DNA of 39,644 nucleotides, from NCBI GenBank assembly GCA_043797665.1, contig JAZDPL010000091.1, positions 1 to 39,644 on the forward strand, in the 5' to 3' direction. Shown in pieces: positions 35,634-39,644 of the stretch; the first letter of the stretch is position 1; every line of letters starts with the position of its first letter. The DNA comes from Candidatus Omnitrophota bacterium. GTDB lineage: Bacteria; Ratteibacteria; UBA8468; MWAK01. A program made the translations under genes and the position numbers. The notes below the pieces were generated by a model. The model was not told the origin of the DNA and did not search any database. It worked only from the letters and a program-made list of their open reading frames with translations.

Positions 35634-37220
35634 ATGAAAGGATTACCTGAATTTGTCTCAAGTGTCCCGAAATATACCTTTTCTGATGCGCTTCAGGAGC
35701 AGGAAGCACAACTGAAAGAGAACCCTATGATGCAGCGGTTTGCCGTATCGAGACAAAAGATGTCTGGAGATCCATACCGCCCTATCTATCACTTCGTTAG
35801 CCCGGAAAGCACTATGAACGATCCGAACGGACTGTGTTTCTGGCAGGGCCGCTGGCACCTGTTCTACCAGGGGTATCCGCCGGAAGACACGCGCCAGCAC
35901 TGGGGACACGCCGTCAGCGACGATCTGACACACTGGCGAGACCTGCCCTACGCAATTTATCCCAGTCCGGAAAAGTGTTGCTATTCCGGTGCGACTCTTG
36001 TCGAAGAAGATCGCGTAATTGCGATGTATCACGGAACGCGGGCAGGCAACATGGTGGCGGTATCAGGAGATCCGCTGCTGCTGAACTGGAAGAAAGTAAC
36101 CGGCAAGCCCGTCATCTCCATGGCTACTCACAGTGATGAGTGGGCAGCAAAAGGACAGGGGCTGGACGGGGAGCCCCTGCCTTACTTTATATTTGACCCG
36201 TGTATCTGGAAGAAAGACGGGGTTTACTTCTCCCTTTCGGGCGGTCCTTTTCCGGAAAACCCCGCCGGTAAGCGAATTCGGACCAACTTCCTGTTTCGCT
36301 CGGAAGACCTGGCGAACTGGAAGTATCTGCACCCTTTCGTTGAGGGTGACCGGTTTACATTGTTAGGAGATGACGGCGCGTGTCCGTATTTCTGGCCGAT
36401 CGGCGACCGGCACATCCTGCTGTTTTGCAGTCACATGAGCGGCGGACAATATTTGTTGGGCGACTATGATAAAAGCCGAGATAAGTTCGTAGTCACATCT
36501 CACGGCAAATTCAATTTCGGCCCGTTGACCCCTGCCGGCGTACATGCGCCTTCTGCCACACCTGACGGCAAGGGTGGGCTCATAACGATCTTCAACATGA
36601 ACCCGGGCAAGCCCACCGAAGGATGGGATCAGGTAATGACGCTGCCGCGGCGCCTGACATTGACCGGAAAGGACGATTTGGAAATTGAGCCGGCCGGAAA
36701 CGTCAAATCGTTGCGCTACAATCACCAACATGTCGATGCGATGAATCTTCCGGCGAATCAGGAGCTCATCCTCGATAACATACGCGGTAAAACAATGGAA
36801 ATTGTGGCTGAAATCGATCCGAATAATGCACCGATGGTTGAAATGAACGTTTTGCGTTCACCGAACAGGGAAGAGTATACGCGCATCGCGTTTTTCTCTA
36901 AAAGGGGTTACGGTTACATAAACAGGGATTGCAACCATCATTACAGCTTGATTAGTATTGATTCTTCCTATTCTTCGCTGCTGCCGGATGTGCTTTCGCG
37001 CGCTCCGGAAACAGCGCCGGTTTTCCTCAAACCGGATGAGCCGCTCAAACTGCGCGTGTTCATCGACAAGAGCGTCATCGAGGTATTCGCCAATGGCAGG
37101 CAATGCGCCGCTATTCGCGTCTATCCTGGGCGCGAAGACAGCATCGGCGTATCGTTGCGTTCCCAGGGCAGGGACGCCGAACTCAGATTACTCGACGCCT
37201 GGCAGATGACAAATATCTAA
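35634..37220 (+). CDS. Glycoside hydrolase family 32 (atypical catalytic motifs)
   Basis: YRP.YHF, MNDPNG, WHLFYQ, HWGHAVS.DL.HW, YSG, FDP, GACP, LPR.L, IDKSVIEVFAN. Confidence 0.88.
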   Translation: MKGLPEFVSSVPKYTFSDALQEQEAQLKENPMMQRFAVSRQKMSGDPYRPIYHFVSPESTMNDPNGLCFWQGRWHLFYQGYPPEDTRQHWGHAVSDDLTHWRDLPYAIYPSPEKCCYSGATLVEEDRVIAMYHGTRAGNMVAVSGDPLLLNWKKVTGKPVISMATHSDEWAAKGQGLDGEPLPYFIFDPCIWKKDGVYFSLSGGPFPENPAGKRIRTNFLFRSEDLANWKYLHPFVEGDRFTLLGDDGACPYFWPIGDRHILLFCSHMSGGQYLLGDYDKSRDKFVVTSHGKFNFGPLTPAGVHAPSATPDGKGGLITIFNMNPGKPTEGWDQVMTLPRRLTLTGKDDLEIEPAGNVKSLRYNHQHVDAMNLPANQELILDNIRGKTMEIVAEIDPNNAPMVEMNVLRSPNREEYTRIAFFSKRGYGYINRDCNHHYSLISIDSSYSSLLPDVLSRAPETAPVFLKPDEPLKLRVFIDKSVIEVFANGRQCAAIRVYPGREDSIGVSLRSQGRDAELRLLDAWQMTNI

Positions 37221-37241
37221 TATATTATCAGAAAGGGCAAA

Positions 37242-38357
37242 ATGACTTCCAAGGAAAGAATGTTAATCGCTCTTGGCAAAGGCAAGCCAGATCGTTTGCC
37301 GGTAACCGTGCATCAATGGCAGAAGTACCATCTCGACTTTTGCTTGAACGGCATTAGCGATCTGGAAGCATTCAAGGTATTTGATATGGACGCTTCCATA
37401 CAGTATTTTCAGGACATGGGACAGTTCTGGTTACCGGACGCTGATTTTGCGAAATTTTCAACTCCACAATGGAAAGAAGAAATCAAAGTGCTTAGCAATG
37501 AACCCGACAATCGTATTTATTATCATGAAATCCAGACACCCGAAGGTATTTTGACTTACAAGACTTCCGGCAACAGAAAAACCACCTGGATTACGGACTA
37601 TTTGATCAAGCGGGATGAAGACATTTACCTCATAGAAAAGTATATGCCGGTTCCTAGGTTAGACCCAAAATCAGTAAGCGAATTGCATGACAAAATCGGT
37701 GATAGAGGAATCCTTCGCGGTTTCGTATGGGGTGACCAGGCCGGTTGCTGGCAGCACGCCTGCTGTCTTATGGACATCAATGAATTAATTCTCCGATGTT
37801 ATGATACTCCGGACTGGGTTCATGAATTACTTCGAATATTGCTTTCCAAAAAACTACAATTTATTGAAACCATAAAAGGGACTAAGTTTGATTTGATTGA
37901 AACCGGCGGAGGAGCTGCTTCTTCAACCGTGATATCTCCCAGAATTTATGAGGAATTTTGTCTGTTGTATGACCGGAAAATCCATGATGCGCTTCATTCC
38001 CTTGGTTTTATGATTACCTACCACACCTGCGGGGGTACGAAAGGAATCGAAGAATTAATCGTTGCCAACGGTGCGGACGCTTCCGAAACCCTCGCTCCCA
38101 TGAGTATCGGCGGTAACCAGGAACCCTGGGAATTCAAAGCCAAGATTGGTAACCGCCTGGTTCTAATAGGAGGAATGGACCAGTTTAATGTTTTGAGTAG
38201 TGGAACTCCGGAGGAAATTCGGTCCATGGTCTTCACCCTTTTTCAGAAGGTGGGGTATCAGGGAGGTTATATTCTGTCCTGTGCTGACCACTTCTTTGAC
38301 GTCGCGGCGGATAAACTTAAAACCTATGCAAAGGCGGCCAGGGAATGCGTCTACTAA
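37242..38357 (+). CDS. Uroporphyrinogen decarboxylase/MtaA-CmuA superfamily protein
   Basis: MTSKERML.AL...KPDRLP, ISP..YEEF..Y, YHTCG, GGMDQ..L..GTPEEI, GGYILSC. Confidence 0.88.
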   Translation: MTSKERMLIALGKGKPDRLPVTVHQWQKYHLDFCLNGISDLEAFKVFDMDASIQYFQDMGQFWLPDADFAKFSTPQWKEEIKVLSNEPDNRIYYHEIQTPEGILTYKTSGNRKTTWITDYLIKRDEDIYLIEKYMPVPRLDPKSVSELHDKIGDRGILRGFVWGDQAGCWQHACCLMDINELILRCYDTPDWVHELLRILLSKKLQFIETIKGTKFDLIETGGGAASSTVISPRIYEEFCLLYDRKIHDALHSLGFMITYHTCGGTKGIEELIVANGADASETLAPMSIGGNQEPWEFKAKIGNRLVLIGGMDQFNVLSSGTPEEIRSMVFTLFQKVGYQGGYILSCADHFFDVAADKLKTYAKAARECVY

Positions 38358-38364
38358 ATAACCA

Positions 38365-38478
38365 GACTCTTTTTTTACCTCGTCACCGACAAATAGTTCA
38401 CCGGCAGCCACGAAACTACGTATTTACCAGGATATTTATCTACCAACTCTTCAAAATGTTGCCGAATCCATTCATTAT
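38365..38478 (-). pseudogene. Frameshifted DUF5678-like remnant
   Basis: Minus strand YNEWIRQHFEELVDKYPGKYVV, then in another frame VAAGELFVGDEVKKE; no start codon. Confidence 0.55.
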
Positions 38479-38567
38479 ACCATAAACCCTCATTAAAATG
38501 GAAGGAGAAAGATGGAGACTGAGGCGGACGGCATCCTGGTCAGTTCGGGTATGGTAAAATATGTAAG

Positions 38568-39470
38568 ATGAAAAAGATAGACGTTGTTGGTTTAGGTTTT
38601 TGTGCCGCAGACTTTTTGTTGGTTCTGCTCCGTTATCCGGATTCAGGTGAGCGGATACAGGCAAGGGGAATGAGCCGGCAGGGCGGCGGGGAAGTGGCGA
38701 CCGCTCTGGTAGCCCTTGCCCGTTTAGGCAGCCGGACGTCATTTATCGGCAAGATTGGTTCCGATGATTTGGGTAAATTCATCGTTTCGGAGTTTCAGAA
38801 GGAAGGTGTTGATACCAAAGGGATGGTGGTTGAAGAAGGGAAGAGTTCCCTTTTTGCCCTCTGTGCGGTGGAAGAGAAGACCGGTCAAAGAACCATCTTT
38901 TTTTACCACGATGCCTCCCTTCTTAAACCGGAGGAACTGAACAAAAAATTGATTACCTCCAGCCGGGTTCTTCATTTAGACCAGTATGAAACTGAAGCCG
39001 GACTTGTCGCGATAGAATGGGCAAAGGAGGCCGGTGTTTTGACCACGTTGGACGTGGATGACCTGAACGAACGGACCGAGGGTCTGGTAAAGAAAGCAGA
39101 CTTTGTAATCGGCTCGGAAAAATTCAGCCGGTATTTTGCCGGTGAACCCGGAAAAGCCTGCGCTCAAATTTTGAGATTCGGGCCAAAGGCAGTGGTAATA
39201 ACTTTAGGTGATAAGGGCTGTTTGGTAAAAACCACCGATGAGGAATTTATAACGCCATCATTTAAGGTGAAGGTGGTGGACACCACCGGTGCGGGGGATG
39301 TCTTCCACGGTGCCTTTATCTACGGACTGTTGCAGAACTGGCCCCTGAAAAAAACCGCTTCTTTTGCCAATGCGTCTGCGGCTCTCAAGTGTACGAAGTT
39401 AGGCGGCCGGGCCGGTATTCCCACCCGAAAAGAAGTTGAAAACTTCCTCCATACCATTCCCGCCTCGTAA
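38568..39470 (+). CDS. PfkB-family carbohydrate kinase
   Basis: GGGEVATA..ALARLG, GKIGSDD.G, ITLG..G, VVDTTGAGDVFHG. Confidence 0.93.
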   Translation: MKKIDVVGLGFCAADFLLVLLRYPDSGERIQARGMSRQGGGEVATALVALARLGSRTSFIGKIGSDDLGKFIVSEFQKEGVDTKGMVVEEGKSSLFALCAVEEKTGQRTIFFYHDASLLKPEELNKKLITSSRVLHLDQYETEAGLVAIEWAKEAGVLTTLDVDDLNERTEGLVKKADFVIGSEKFSRYFAGEPGKACAQILRFGPKAVVITLGDKGCLVKTTDEEFITPSFKVKVVDTTGAGDVFHGAFIYGLLQNWPLKKTASFANASAALKCTKLGGRAGIPTRKEVENFLHTIPAS

Positions 39471-39571
39471 TTCTACTTGAATTTAGATATAATAATTAGG
39501 TATCACCTGAAAAAAGCGTGAAAAATGATATTTCCTTTAACAATAAATAGCCGGATTAGCTTGTAACTACT

Positions 39572-39644
39572 ATGAAAATTGCATATAATATTAGCGACAA
39601 AACCCCTCTGGCAGAACCCTACTTAAAAAGTAGCATTGTGCCCG
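39572..39644 (+). CDS. Possible start of a gene running off the window
   Basis: ATG 39572, open to the edge (MKIAYNISDKTPLAEPYLKSSIVP), after an AT-rich intergenic region. Confidence 0.3.
   Translation, partial: MKIAYNISDKTPLAEPYLKSSIVP

Noticed and set aside
48..39167. Remaining short overlapping or antisense ORFs in the track
   Set aside because: They lie within well-supported genes in other frames and show no RBS or family motifs.

Overview
Bacterial chromosomal segment, probably from an uncultured PVC-type lineage (Omnitrophota/Ratteibacteria-like; inferred from the DUF1559 pseudopilin, DUF4838 protein and repeat types). (1) 1-1560: two FN3 surface proteins and a BrnT/BrnA-type TA pair. 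(2) 1722-19959: a + strand run of shuffled housekeeping genes (aroD, orphan ABC ATPase, TIM-barrel isomerase, fumarase beta subunit, acyl-CoA ligase, ispA, purQ, argB-argD-argF, M24 peptidase, larB, translin/Trax-like protein, cupin, GAF-ANTAR, hisH, guaA). It is interrupted at about 12080-14400 by an AT-rich, CCGG-free defence islet (AbiGi-family gene, DNA-methylase remnant, Mrr_N-HNH nuclease, small ORF). The islet sits between a truncated and an intact 5' end of larB and is bracketed by inverted GTAG-type REPs. (3) 19970-27922: - strand PIN/RHH TA pair, exported protein, mnmE, M16 peptidase, a REP-flanked tyrosine phosphatase and purF. (4) 28151-39470: carbohydrate-utilisation cluster (DUF1559 pseudopilin, GHL6/GH42-like, GH29, DUF4838-LamG, atypical GH32, UroD/MtaA-like, PfkB). 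Intergenic DNA carries several REP/MITE families, core genes are strongly enriched in CCGG, and several genes look near-leaderless. No integrase, transposase, tRNA, rRNA or CRISPR array was seen.
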